A stretch of 64,000 bases of DNA. Source: Candidatus Bathyarchaeia archaeon (GTDB lineage Archaea > Thermoproteota > CALKCG01 > B24). A program made the position numbers and the translations under genes. The stretch lies in assembly GCA_038870975.1 (NCBI GenBank), contig JAVZJD010000001.1, positions 256,001-320,000 on the forward strand. Reading direction: 5' to 3'. The first letter of the stretch is position 1. The number at the start of each line of letters is the position of its first letter. The notes beneath the pieces are model-generated. The model ran no database searches. It was not told the origin of the DNA and saw only the letters and a program-made list of their open reading frames with translations. Below, piece after piece: positions 20,032-30,158 of this stretch.

Positions 20032-20811
20032 TTACTCGCTCTTCTTTTGACCACAATCTTCTTTAAATATTTCCTCAAGCTCTTTTCTGGTTTCCTCCTG
20101 AAGCTCTTTGATTTTATGAAGCCTTTCTTGCACCCTATTAAGCCAGTCTCTACTAGCTTCAATACCTTTATGCGCAAAATAGGCTAGAGCCTCATTTCTA
20201 CTTCTGAATATACCAGCATCTACTAGGAGCTTTATAAGCTTAGCATCGGATTCGGGGATCCTAATCGAAGAAACAACTTCAGTAGCTTTGGATAATATTT
20301 TCTCGGTTGATGAGAAGACTTCTTTTAAAGCATCTTCTAGAGCCTCACTTAAACCGTCGATTTTTACAGAGACTAGGGGGGTTGAAGAGGCCCCTGTGAC
20401 CAGAAGACTTTTAATACGGGATTCAAATTCTCTAAGGGATTTCTCCAAATCCCGGGATAGATGTAGGTATTTCTCAAGGTCCTTAGTTGCTTCAATCAGT
20501 ATGCTTCTAATTTCATCAGCTACCTCACCATACCCTTTGGGAAGGTCGAGAGCAAGTTCTCTAAGATTTCTCCTAAAACCGTAGATAGTATCTCTGAAAT
20601 TTGTGTAGAGGTTTTGAAGCTCGTGTTTAAAGTCTATTCTCAATCTTTTAACATCTAAGTAGAGGGCTATGAGCTTATCTTTAGAGGATAGGTCTGCTTT
20701 TTTAAGATCCTCCAGAGACTTTTCATACTTCTTAAGGACATTTTCATAACTTTCTCTCATATGTTCTCTAAATTCTTCGATTTTCTTTTTAAACTCGCCT
20801 AAACTATTCAT
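20032..20811 (-). CDS. Coiled-coil protein with C-terminal ribbon-helix-helix-like domain
   Basis: Charged heptad-rich N-terminus; SIRI....LV.AG.F.SR.EA RHH-like motif; ATG at 20811 fits promoter spacing. Confidence 0.65.
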   Translation of the reverse strand: MNSLGEFKKKIEEFREHMRESYENVLKKYEKSLEDLKKADLSSKDKLIALYLDVKRLRIDFKHELQNLYTNFRDTIYGFRRNLRELALDLPKGYGEVADEIRSILIEATKDLEKYLHLSRDLEKSLREFESRIKSLLVTGASSTPLVSVKIDGLSEALEDALKEVFSSTEKILSKATEVVSSIRIPESDAKLIKLLVDAGIFRSRNEALAYFAHKGIEASRDWLNRVQERLHKIKELQEETRKELEEIFKEDCGQKKSE

Positions 20812-20838
20812 ACAAAAATACAAAAATACAGGAATACA
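20810..20838 (-). repeat. Four TGTAT boxes at exact 8-bp period between TATA box and start codon; putative operator
   Basis: ATACA at 20810, 20818, 20826, 20834 on + strand. Confidence 0.7.
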
Positions 20839-20852
20839 TATAAACTTTGCTG

Positions 20853-21932
20853 TTAAGGTTTTATCACAACTTTTAAAGCACCATACTCTTCTTTATTCAA
20901 AGCTATATGGAAAGCTTCTTCAATTTCAGTAAGCGGCAATACATGCGTTATGATCGGTTTAACCCTAACCTTACCAGTTTTAAGCAGATTTACAGCTAGA
21001 TAGTATTCAGGGTACAGATTGTTGGAGGAAACGGTTAAAACCCGTTCGCCAGCTAAAAGCCTTAGATCTAATTGAACATTTTCAGTAGATACGGCTAGTA
21101 AAACCTGCACTCCTCCCCTAGCGAGCATTCTCAAACCTTGTAGGATAGTTTCAGGTGAACCAACCGTGTTGATTACCGCTTCAACTCCAAATCCACCAGT
21201 TTTAGAAAGCACATAGTCGACTGGATCTACTTTAGAAGAATTCACAGTATAATCAGCACCAAGGTTCTCTGCGACGTGTAAAGGAGTATCCCATACATCT
21301 ATGCAGAAAGCTTCATGAGCCCCGAAGGCCTTAGCAGTCTGAAAAGCCATGAGTCCTATGGGGCCAGAGCCTATGACCGTTATCCTATAGCCTGGTTTAA
21401 CTCCAGCCCTATAAGAGGCATGAACTGCGACAGCTAAACCATCCAATTGAGATGCTTCCTCTGGATCCACAGGCCAATCTAATCTAACTGCTTTATCTTC
21501 CCAAACTGTGCAGTATTCAGCCATGCCTCCTGGTGAAGGGCTAAAATTCCAAGCCTCATCGTGACCTATATGTAAGACATCTGCACAGATGTTGTGCCTT
21601 CCCTCGCTACAGAATCTACATTTACCACACGCCTTATAGGCGATTACACCTACTTTCTCACCAACTCTATGTTTGAATTGCTTATCACCTACATCTATAA
21701 TAGTTCCTGAAATTTCATGCCCTAGTATCATGTCAGGTGGATTCGCCTTATCGATACCCAGCGTATGTAATGCCCAGGGATTTCTACCTTGAAAATAGTG
21801 AATATCGCTTCCACATATGCCACATGCATCAACTTTTATAAGAACCTCATCAGACTTAGGTTCAGGCTTTGGAACATCCATAAGCTCGATTTTAAATGGT
21901 CTTCTCAAAACAGCGGCTAGCAAACTATACAC
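20853..21932 (-). CDS. Zn-dependent (sugar-alcohol type) dehydrogenase
   Basis: CGICGSD, GHE, CxxCxxC-x7-C, GSGPIG. Confidence 0.9.
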   Translation of the reverse strand: MYSLLAAVLRRPFKIELMDVPKPEPKSDEVLIKVDACGICGSDIHYFQGRNPWALHTLGIDKANPPDMILGHEISGTIIDVGDKQFKHRVGEKVGVIAYKACGKCRFCSEGRHNICADVLHIGHDEAWNFSPSPGGMAEYCTVWEDKAVRLDWPVDPEEASQLDGLAVAVHASYRAGVKPGYRITVIGSGPIGLMAFQTAKAFGAHEAFCIDVWDTPLHVAENLGADYTVNSSKVDPVDYVLSKTGGFGVEAVINTVGSPETILQGLRMLARGGVQVLLAVSTENVQLDLRLLAGERVLTVSSNNLYPEYYLAVNLLKTGKVRVKPIITHVLPLTEIEEAFHIALNKEEYGALKVVIKP

Positions 21933-22189
21933 CTATACAGAGGTATAGTTGATTCCTAGGATTTAATCCTTTCATCAGGGTACCAACCTGAATAATACTC
22001 ATAGAAGACGGAGATACCACCGTTGAATAAACTGAGGCATGTGCTCTCAGATTTCTACTATCAAGTTCTCTAGCTTTAATACAGTAGTATCATTGGCAGA
22101 AGACTACTGGCCAACCTTCAGACGTAGCTACTCCGTGAAATATAACCTTTAAATTAGGTCAAAATTTGGAAAAAGCTATTTTATTTTTC

Positions 22190-23371
22190 TTATATGAAGT
22201 TTAATCCGTAGTTAAAAGACGGTATTGGGAAGACTCTTTTAAACACATCGGGTATTCTAGTATGGTCAAATTCAATGATATCTGAGCTATGGACGGTCTC
22301 AGGTCTACCAAAGACGAGAAGTGTAAATGCTTTGGGATCTTCAAATCTTACAGATTCTCCAGACATGTAAACTTTAAAGCCGCCATCACTACAACTAGCG
22401 ACCTTAAAATTGGCTTTAACGCCGAGCTTCTCCTCAATGTAGGGGCGAATCTTCTCCGCGAAAACAGCTGGATTTAGTATGGCTAAACTTGCGGGAGCAC
22501 TGGAAGTTTTAGGTTTTAAGCCAGATTCTTCTAAAAGGGCTATAAGTTCCCAGTCTCCATATGGAACAGGTAGCTTAACATGTTCAACTTTAAGAGTCTT
22601 AGATACTTCACAGATTGTTTTAAGAACGGCAATTCTAGACCCTGCATACTCAACAACAGTTAAATCGTCCCAAACTCCTTTAACAAATGCTACATAGGAA
22701 GACGGCTTACCCATTCTATGCGATACAAATATGTTTAACGCTCCAACTTCAGCCAAGAAGGCTCTATCTGTAAGCAACTTAAACTCCTCAAGACTTCTCT
22801 TAAACCTAATAGGTTCCCTCTGATATAGCTCAATTAAACTCAAAATTTTATCCTCAGTATAAGATTCAATCTTTAACTCGTCTGAATACATTGCCAAATG
22901 TTCAAGAGTATCAAGTGGAACATGATAATCGTAGATTATACCAGCTTCTACACAACCAGCTCTACTGTAAAGTGATCTAGCACCTGAGACCATAACGAGG
23001 TCTACATGGTCATTAGACAATTTCGCAAAGGCATCTTGAACCAAGGTTGAGGCATAACCTTTCATCCTGTAGTCTGGATGGGTGCATACACATCCGATGA
23101 GCCCTACTTTGAGTTGAGTACTGTAAAAGTAAAGATAACCCTCCCAAATACCTAAGTGGGAGATGACTTTTCCATTAGATACAATGACCCTTAAATTTTC
23201 AATGTTTTCTTCGCAGAAGACGTGAGGGAAAACCTTGTCTAAATAAACACCGTGCTTCTCAAAACCGAAAATCCAACTTGTAAGTTTAACTATTTGCGGA
23301 AGTTCTTCTGTTTTAGCAGCCCTAGGACCTTCAATCATAGTCTGTACCCTGGAACTCAAAAATACTTCCAC
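22190..23371 (-). CDS. Eis-like GNAT acetyltransferase (likely start ATG 23338)
   Basis: IGCVCTHPDYRMKGYAS acetyl-CoA motif, LY..AG; multi-domain length. Confidence 0.8.
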   Translation of the reverse strand: MEVFLSSRVQTMIEGPRAAKTEELPQIVKLTSWIFGFEKHGVYLDKVFPHVFCEENIENLRVIVSNGKVISHLGIWEGYLYFYSTQLKVGLIGCVCTHPDYRMKGYASTLVQDAFAKLSNDHVDLVMVSGARSLYSRAGCVEAGIIYDYHVPLDTLEHLAMYSDELKIESYTEDKILSLIELYQREPIRFKRSLEEFKLLTDRAFLAEVGALNIFVSHRMGKPSSYVAFVKGVWDDLTVVEYAGSRIAVLKTICEVSKTLKVEHVKLPVPYGDWELIALLEESGLKPKTSSAPASLAILNPAVFAEKIRPYIEEKLGVKANFKVASCSDGGFKVYMSGESVRFEDPKAFTLLVFGRPETVHSSDIIEFDHTRIPDVFKRVFPIPSFNYGLNFI

Positions 23372-23574
23372 TTGTAATATTTAAATTTTCAAAGTCTCAG
23401 CAGATCGACTTGTTGACGCTATCGGAAGTCGTTGAACAGCTTTTAAATCCTTTAAGAACGGGAAAATGAGCCGTCACCCGTTTCAAAAGCTATGTAGATT
23501 CTGAATCCGATGTGATTAGATTTTGAAGTAGACTTACATGACTTTAACTATAAAGTCGTTGAGTTGTCTCTCAT

Positions 23575-24108
23575 TCAACCTAAACCTTTCACATGTAGAA
23601 CCATATGAGCCGCCTCTGGGATTATAAGTCGTTCGAGGGCTAGTTTAACGGCTCTAGGTGAACCTGGTATGACGAATACTACTTTACCTTTATAGACGCC
23701 CGCTGTAGCCCTCGTCAATATGGCTATGGAGCCCTCTTCCTGGAACGTTAACACGCGGAAGAGTTCTCCAAATCCAGGGATTTCTTTTTCAAACATAGGG
23801 CTAACTGCCTCAATAGTCACATCTTTTGGTGATAAACCTGTACCTCCTGATAAGACTACAATGTCTACATCTGATTTAGAGCATAATTCTTCAATTGTCT
23901 GCTTAATCATAGTAGAGTTGTCTGATATCAGGGTTCTATAGGATAGGGAAAAACCAGCCGATTTGATTATTTGCTCAGCTAAGTCTCCAGATTCATCTCT
24001 AAAAGGCTTACCTTGTTTAAAAGATTCAAACCTAGAACTACTACAAGTAATTAGAGCAAATCTGAGGGTTTTAGGAGCCTTAAGTTTATGCTCTTCCGAG
24101 CCCATCAA
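23575..24108 (-). CDS. moaB: Molybdopterin adenylyltransferase MoaB/MogA
   Basis: DESG, GGTGLSPKDVT.EA, PGFGE.FR, PGSP.A. Confidence 0.92.
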   Translation of the reverse strand: MMGSEEHKLKAPKTLRFALITCSSSRFESFKQGKPFRDESGDLAEQIIKSAGFSLSYRTLISDNSTMIKQTIEELCSKSDVDIVVLSGGTGLSPKDVTIEAVSPMFEKEIPGFGELFRVLTFQEEGSIAILTRATAGVYKGKVVFVIPGSPRAVKLALERLIIPEAAHMVLHVKGLG

Positions 24109-24215
24109 ACTGCACTCAGAGGAAAGTATGTCGTATATTTATAAAAATTCTACTAGCCGTAGACCATTCAATAGCTTGATAGCTACATCGTCATATATGG
24201 TCCATTAAAAGTTAA

Positions 24216-24782
24216 ATGAAAGTCGGAGATAAGAATGGATATAGATTACGTATGACAGCTGAAGGATGGATTATGTGGATTACTGGCCTACCATCAAGTG
24301 GGAAGTCCACAATAGCTAATGGTGTTGCCCAGAAGCTTAGAGAAATGGGTCTGAAAATTGAAATCTTAGAATCAGATGAGCTTAGAAAGGTTTTAACACC
24401 TAAGCCGACCTATAGTGAGGAAGAGAGAGATTGGTTTTATAGCGTTATAGTTTACATAGCTAAACTGCTCGCCAGGAATGGTATTGACGTAATCATAGAT
24501 GCTACTGGCAATAAGAGAGTCTATAGAGATAATGCTAGAAGACACCTATCAAAGTTTATAGAGGTTTACGTTAAATGTCCTTTAGACGTCTGCATGAAGA
24601 GAGACGTTAAAGGACTCTATAAAAGAGCTCTAGAAGGTATGATTGAAACTTTACCAGGAGTTCAAACGCTCTACGAGGAGCCTTTAAAACCTGAAGTAAC
24701 AGTTGAAACAGATAAACTCACCATAAATGAATCCGTTGAACTCGTATTAAATAAGCTTAAGGAAATAGGCTATATAAGTTAA
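24216..24782 (+). CDS. cysC: Adenylyl-sulfate kinase (likely start ATG 24252)
   Basis: WITGLPSSGKST, EVYVKCPL..C..RD.KGLY, YEEP..PE. Confidence 0.88.
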   Translation: MKVGDKNGYRLRMTAEGWIMWITGLPSSGKSTIANGVAQKLREMGLKIEILESDELRKVLTPKPTYSEEERDWFYSVIVYIAKLLARNGIDVIIDATGNKRVYRDNARRHLSKFIEVYVKCPLDVCMKRDVKGLYKRALEGMIETLPGVQTLYEEPLKPEVTVETDKLTINESVELVLNKLKEIGYIS

Positions 24783-25383
24783 GTTAGCTGGTACACTTTA
24801 TTTTAGAATTTGAAATCAATCTCATGAGAAACTAAACGTCTTGTGTAGGACTCTACAGACCCATCTCTCGAATACCTGTATCAATAGTGGTTTTAATATT
24901 CTTGAAGCAACTCAACCTTTCAACCCTCAGTCCATTGTCTTAAAGGTTTATTCGGCCAGATGACTAGGCAAATCCTTAGATAGCTGGGAGTAAAATCTTA
25001 TGAGCCATTATCAAGAATGGGGGGGTTTTTGTCTCAGTTAAAATATCGTTAAATTCTTCAGTTGCGAATTTTGAAGTCTATCGATGTAAAAATTGAATGA
25101 ACCTTCTTTTCTTTCAGCTCAGCGGATTTTAAGAGAACAGTCACCCCAATCTTCGTTAATGATGGAGAATCTATCCGATGGATGTTCTCCCTAGGACTTT
25201 AAAAATAGTAACTACCACAACGTAGAGTCTTATTATTCTACTACACGTAACAATTTTTGTATTGCCTGAGTAGTTCAGTAGATAGATATAGTGACACTTC
25301 GTTGAATCCGTACTGAATACCGCAGTCGCCGAATTCGCAATCGACTATTCTTAAGTTAGAGAATCAAAAGAGTGAAGTAGAGG

Positions 25384-26352
25384 ATGTATTCGGAGGAATT
25401 GAGAAAAGGAGAAATAGGAGAATTATCCAAGCATAAAATTGTGAGAGATCCTAACGGGAGAGCCCTCCTAGTTGTCCTTCTCATTATAAGTCTTGCTTTA
25501 AACGTCTATTTAATGATAACAATTGTAAACTTCAAATCTTACATCGTAAGACTTGAAAAAGAGCTTAACAATCTTGCCGCTCAAAACGAAAACCTCTCTA
25601 GGGAGGTTCAAAACCTTAGAAACGTTTTAGATATCACTAGGAGGCAACTTGAGTACTATAAAAATCAAACCTACTATCAAGGGTTTATCTCAACTGGAGG
25701 CTTAATCGGAGAGACTGATGTCAATATTGTTGCCGTTAAAATCGCTCGCGGAGACTTATTTACAACATACTATGAAGGCGTAACACTTAAAGCTGAAGTT
25801 GAACTTAGAGATGGAAAAGGGAGAATATTAGTAAACACAGAGCCTAGAATAGGTATAGACCTTCAGACAAGTGCTCGAATAGCGGTGTCAGTAGCTGAAG
25901 CATACACCGGGTTAAACCTAACGACGGTAGATGTCATCATTACGATTAAAGGTGAGGAGGAGGTGGAAGTCGTAGATGGTCCAAGCGCAGGATTGCCCAT
26001 AACAGTAGCCATCATATCAGCCCTCAGACATGAAAACATCTCGAATGAAGTTTACGCCACTGGGACCATAAATCCTGATGGTTCTATAGGAGCCGTAGGA
26101 GGAATAGCTGAAAAAGCTTTAGCGGCTGCCGAGAAGGGGGCCAGATTCTTCCTAGTACCTAAGGGGCAGAGTAAAATAGTCATTTACGAGAGAAGGGAGG
26201 AGGAAATCCTACCCGGTTTTAAGATAATCCGCTACGTACCTAAAGAAGTATCGTTAAAAGACTACCTTAAAAATCATGGATTTGACGTCGAGGTCTTCGA
26301 AGTATCAAACATAGTGGAGGCATATAGTCTTTACACAATAAAACGCTATTAA
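25384..26352 (+). CDS. Membrane-anchored Lon-like (S16) protease without ATPase domain
   Basis: Single TM helix, coiled coil, DGPSAG (Ser) and GG..EK (Lys) dyad. Confidence 0.85.
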   Translation: MYSEELRKGEIGELSKHKIVRDPNGRALLVVLLIISLALNVYLMITIVNFKSYIVRLEKELNNLAAQNENLSREVQNLRNVLDITRRQLEYYKNQTYYQGFISTGGLIGETDVNIVAVKIARGDLFTTYYEGVTLKAEVELRDGKGRILVNTEPRIGIDLQTSARIAVSVAEAYTGLNLTTVDVIITIKGEEEVEVVDGPSAGLPITVAIISALRHENISNEVYATGTINPDGSIGAVGGIAEKALAAAEKGARFFLVPKGQSKIVIYERREEEILPGFKIIRYVPKEVSLKDYLKNHGFDVEVFEVSNIVEAYSLYTIKRY

Positions 26353-26500
26353 GTTGGCACTATATGGTTTACTTGAAAACTTCGCAGATTTTCTTTTACT
26401 TTAAATATGTATGGAGAAGGTTTAAAGTAAATAGATTGCGAGCATAATGCGTAATGCTTCCCTTTAAGCTGGCAATTTAATGGTGTGTAGATTCAGTTTT

Positions 26501-28027
26501 TCAATCAGATAGCTCAGCCAATATTTTGAAACATTCCTTATAGTGTTCGTATATCTTCTGGTAGACTTTAAGTAATTTAGTGTACTTATCATGAACTTTT
26601 AAGTTGGGATTGTAAGTCTTAGATATTCTAACCATTTGATTTACAGCTGTTTTAAAGTCTACATGTGCTTTTACACCCACGCTGGCAAGTATGCATGATC
26701 CTAAAGCTGCAGCATCGAGTACTTCAGAAATTTGGATACTCATACCTAGGACGTCTGCCTTTATCTGATTCCATAAGTTGCTTTTAGCCTCACCGCCAGT
26801 CATAGTGATTCGCTTAACATCTACTCCAAGCTCTCTGACCAGCTGTAGGGTTTCAGAATATTGGAAAGCAACACCTTCGAGTATTGCCCTTATGAACTCG
26901 GATTTCCTATGAGCGTGTGTAAATCCTATGAATGCTGATCTAGCTAGAGGGTTGAATTTAGGAGCTCTAGCACCCCATAAATATGGATAGTAGAAGAGTC
27001 CTCCTGCCCCAAGAGGTACATTAGCCGCAATTTTATCGAAAAGTACGTAAGGAGATAGCCCTTCTTCCTTAGCCTTATGTACCTCCTCATAGCCGAAGTT
27101 ATCTCTAAACCATCTTAAGGATTCACCTGTTGCATTTATTATTATTTCATACTCCCATGTATCTGGTACGACGTGACAACAACAGTCAATCAAACCTTTA
27201 GAATCTGGCTTAGGTCTTGAGAGGGGCACTTCAAAAACTGTCCCAGTACCAGTACCTATGTTTACACTACCTTCTATATACACGCCTGCACCCAATGCTT
27301 CACAGGGACGGTCACCACCACCTGAAACAACTGGGACTCCAACTGGTAAACCAGTCTGCTCGGAGGCATTACTACTAACTTCACCTACAACCTCCCAAGA
27401 CCCCTTGACATCTGGAAGTATATCCATGGGTATTTCTAAGGATTCGCATATTTCGTCAGACCATTGAAGCTTATTTATGTCAAATAACATCGTCCGCGAC
27501 GCCATACTTCGGTCGGTGGTTTTTACTCCACATAGTTTAAAGATCACGTAGTCTTTGGCGAATAGGATAGAGTCTATTTTTTGGAATACATTTGGTAGAT
27601 TGTCCTTTATCCATAGAATTTTCGCGGCTGAGAAAATGTAGTCAATGGGAACCCCAGTTATTTTAAGGACCTTTTCCGGAGGGATCAGTTTTTCAATTTT
27701 ATCTTTTTGCGGAGTCGCCCTCATATCTAACCATATTATGCTATTGTAGAGTTTTTCTCCAGCTTTATCTATTGGGACAAACGCTTCTCTCTGAGATGTT
27801 AAACCGATACCTACTATCCTCTCAGATGGTATTTTAGAAGTAATCTGCTTTAAAGTGGATTGAGCGGCTTTCCACCATTCCTCAGGGTCCTGTTCGGCCC
27901 AGTTCATTTGGGGATGGTAGACTTGGTACTCTTTAAACGCTTCTGTAACAATATGTCCATTAATATCGAAGGCTACGACTTTACAGCCACCTGTACCGAT
28001 ATCTATTCCGATTAGAATTTCACTCAT
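26501..28027 (-). CDS. FGGY carbohydrate kinase, xylulokinase-like
   Basis: GIDIGT, EQDPEEWW, IIW.D.R, GGGD, GTG, RAILEGVA, GGEAKS.LW.Q. Confidence 0.92.
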   Translation of the reverse strand: MSEILIGIDIGTGGCKVVAFDINGHIVTEAFKEYQVYHPQMNWAEQDPEEWWKAAQSTLKQITSKIPSERIVGIGLTSQREAFVPIDKAGEKLYNSIIWLDMRATPQKDKIEKLIPPEKVLKITGVPIDYIFSAAKILWIKDNLPNVFQKIDSILFAKDYVIFKLCGVKTTDRSMASRTMLFDINKLQWSDEICESLEIPMDILPDVKGSWEVVGEVSSNASEQTGLPVGVPVVSGGGDRPCEALGAGVYIEGSVNIGTGTGTVFEVPLSRPKPDSKGLIDCCCHVVPDTWEYEIIINATGESLRWFRDNFGYEEVHKAKEEGLSPYVLFDKIAANVPLGAGGLFYYPYLWGARAPKFNPLARSAFIGFTHAHRKSEFIRAILEGVAFQYSETLQLVRELGVDVKRITMTGGEAKSNLWNQIKADVLGMSIQISEVLDAAALGSCILASVGVKAHVDFKTAVNQMVRISKTYNPNLKVHDKYTKLLKVYQKIYEHYKECFKILAELSD

Positions 28028-28097
28028 ACTATTCTGAATATCGAACTATGAGAAGATAAGACTTCGCCTCTTAAAATATGATGAGAGAGATGCTATA

Positions 28098-30158
28098 CTA
28101 ATCTTCAAAGTAGAGTATTTCAACATCATGCGAGTTAAGTGTAACTTTAACGGTTTCACCTTTTACATGTAGACCTCTGAGTAAGCTTTTAGCTTCCAAT
28201 ACTTTACCGAAGTCTAATTCTACAGTCTTACTTTTGGGATCATGGTTTATTAAGAATAGTAGACGATAGTCACGTCCTTCTTTAGAAACCAATTCAACAG
28301 GTTCTCCTCTGAGTTCGACTGGAGGTTTAACTAACCTTTCCTCAATGATTCTATCTGCTATAAGTTTAGATGCGTCTTGAGTCAGAAAGCAACCAATGTA
28401 TACAGCGTAACCCCTACCATAACGATTAAGTGTTATAGCTGGTCTACCCTTAAGCCATTCATATTCATGAACCCCCAGAACTTGGGCAGAAGTTACCGTT
28501 AACTCTTCCAGCCAACCTGAAACCGACGTTTGTCCATATTGAGTAGATACTTTCACCTCTATCTCAGGTGGTATAGATGTGTAATCTGTCACCCGTAGTC
28601 CGAATAGATCTTTAAGTTCGCCTGGAAGGCCGTTTGAGTATACACGGTTAAATTCATCTTTAACAGAAGTTCTAGCCGTTGCTATAAGCAAACCTCCGTT
28701 TTCCACGTAGTTTTTAAGTTTTTCTATTAGATTTTTATTCGTCAAATATAGGAATGGGGCTAGTAGTATACGGTAGTTTTTAAAATCATGGTCTGGAGAT
28801 ATTACGTCTACATTTACGCCATGATGCCAGAAGCCTTTATAGGCATTCAATGCTTGTTCATGGTAGCTTTTAGCATAGTACCTATTTTCAATTAATGTAG
28901 CCCAGAGAGAATCATATGAGAATATAAGTCCGACATCGCTTTTACATTTTGCATCGACTAGGATTTCACCAATCTTCTTTAGCTCTTCACCGGTTCTCTT
29001 TACTTCTAAGTACCTTCGGTTTATCTCACCATCATGGTTTAAAATACCATGCCAATACTGTTCTTTGCCAAAACACACGGTACGGTATCTGAAGTAGACT
29101 ACGCCTTCAGCTCCATGGGCAATTGCTTGGTAAAGCCATTTCCTTAACTCACCTGGGTCAGGTGTTACTCCTATTGGATGCCCAGCATAGCCATCAGTTG
29201 GTCCAGCCTGAAGCTCCATAACCCAAAAGCTCTCCATACCCATGCATCTAGTAGCATCGTGAAGCATGGATATCCAAGCAGGATCGTAATATGCTCTAGC
29301 AAACTTAGGGTAGCAATCCCATGAAGGAAAGTCTAGGTTTCTACTTAAATCGTAATAGTCCACGCCTGGAAAAAGCCCCATTAGATTCGTCGTCACCTTT
29401 TTATTAGGGCTTATAGATTTCAATATTCGTACCTGTATTTTAAGGAACTCTACAAAAGACTTTGACCTAAATCTAAACCAGTCTAAGCTTAGCCCTCTGT
29501 TACATTCATCGAAGGGTGGGGTTGGAGGATGTATTTCATCCCAATCTCCATACTCATGGCTCCAGAATATCGTTCCATATACTTTATTGAGTTCACTTAT
29601 AGATCCATACTTGTTTTTAAGCCAGTTTCTAAAGAGAGTAACACAGTGGTCACAGTAGCAGTATTCGTCGCCAAGGGAGAGCTCGTTATCTATCTGATAT
29701 CCTATGACGTCCGGATTATCCCTATAGTGTTTAGCCATAGCTTCCACAATTCTCTCAGAGGCTTTAATGTAGTTTGGATTATTGGGACAGTAGTGCCTCC
29801 TAGCAACAGGAGGCATTCTATGTCCTTGGAAATTTACAGGTAGGATGTCTGGATGGGCTTTTACAAGCCATGGTGGGGGAGCCGCAGTCGGAGTACCTAA
29901 TACTGCCTTAATACCCTTAGTGGAGAGAAGCTCTATAACTTCATCAAGCCATTGAAAGTTGAACTTGCCTGGTGAAGGCTCAAGTCTACACCATGCAAAC
30001 TCTGCAAGTCTAACCACGTTAAACCCAGCGCTACTGATAAGCTCGGCATCCAACCCTCTTCTCTCAATAGGCCAATGTTCAGGATAATAGTCTACACCAA
30101 ACCACAGTTTAATGCTACTCATAGAACCATAGCTCCTTGAGGGGGGATAAGTAGTCAC
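28098..30158 (-). CDS. GH42 beta-galactosidase (start GTG 30158 or ATG 30122)
   Basis: GVDYYPEHW, AEFAW..LEP, LGTPTAAPP, catalytic DNE and MELQ, Zn cysteines; no signal peptide. Confidence 0.93.
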   Translation of the reverse strand: MTTYPPSRSYGSMSSIKLWFGVDYYPEHWPIERRGLDAELISSAGFNVVRLAEFAWCRLEPSPGKFNFQWLDEVIELLSTKGIKAVLGTPTAAPPPWLVKAHPDILPVNFQGHRMPPVARRHYCPNNPNYIKASERIVEAMAKHYRDNPDVIGYQIDNELSLGDEYCYCDHCVTLFRNWLKNKYGSISELNKVYGTIFWSHEYGDWDEIHPPTPPFDECNRGLSLDWFRFRSKSFVEFLKIQVRILKSISPNKKVTTNLMGLFPGVDYYDLSRNLDFPSWDCYPKFARAYYDPAWISMLHDATRCMGMESFWVMELQAGPTDGYAGHPIGVTPDPGELRKWLYQAIAHGAEGVVYFRYRTVCFGKEQYWHGILNHDGEINRRYLEVKRTGEELKKIGEILVDAKCKSDVGLIFSYDSLWATLIENRYYAKSYHEQALNAYKGFWHHGVNVDVISPDHDFKNYRILLAPFLYLTNKNLIEKLKNYVENGGLLIATARTSVKDEFNRVYSNGLPGELKDLFGLRVTDYTSIPPEIEVKVSTQYGQTSVSGWLEELTVTSAQVLGVHEYEWLKGRPAITLNRYGRGYAVYIGCFLTQDASKLIADRIIEERLVKPPVELRGEPVELVSKEGRDYRLLFLINHDPKSKTVELDFGKVLEAKSLLRGLHVKGETVKVTLNSHDVEILYFED

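Noticed and set aside
21933-21948. CTATAC-N4-GTATAG palindrome at the dehydrogenase start as a sugar-regulon operator
   Set aside because: Not seen upstream of rbcL, either FGGY kinase or GH3; single occurrence
25157-25190. Hairpin GGAGAA..ATCC-GAT-GGAT..TTCTCC in a 600-bp gap, considered as a fluoride riboswitch
   Set aside because: Lacks the riboswitch pseudoknot pattern and the downstream gene is a protease
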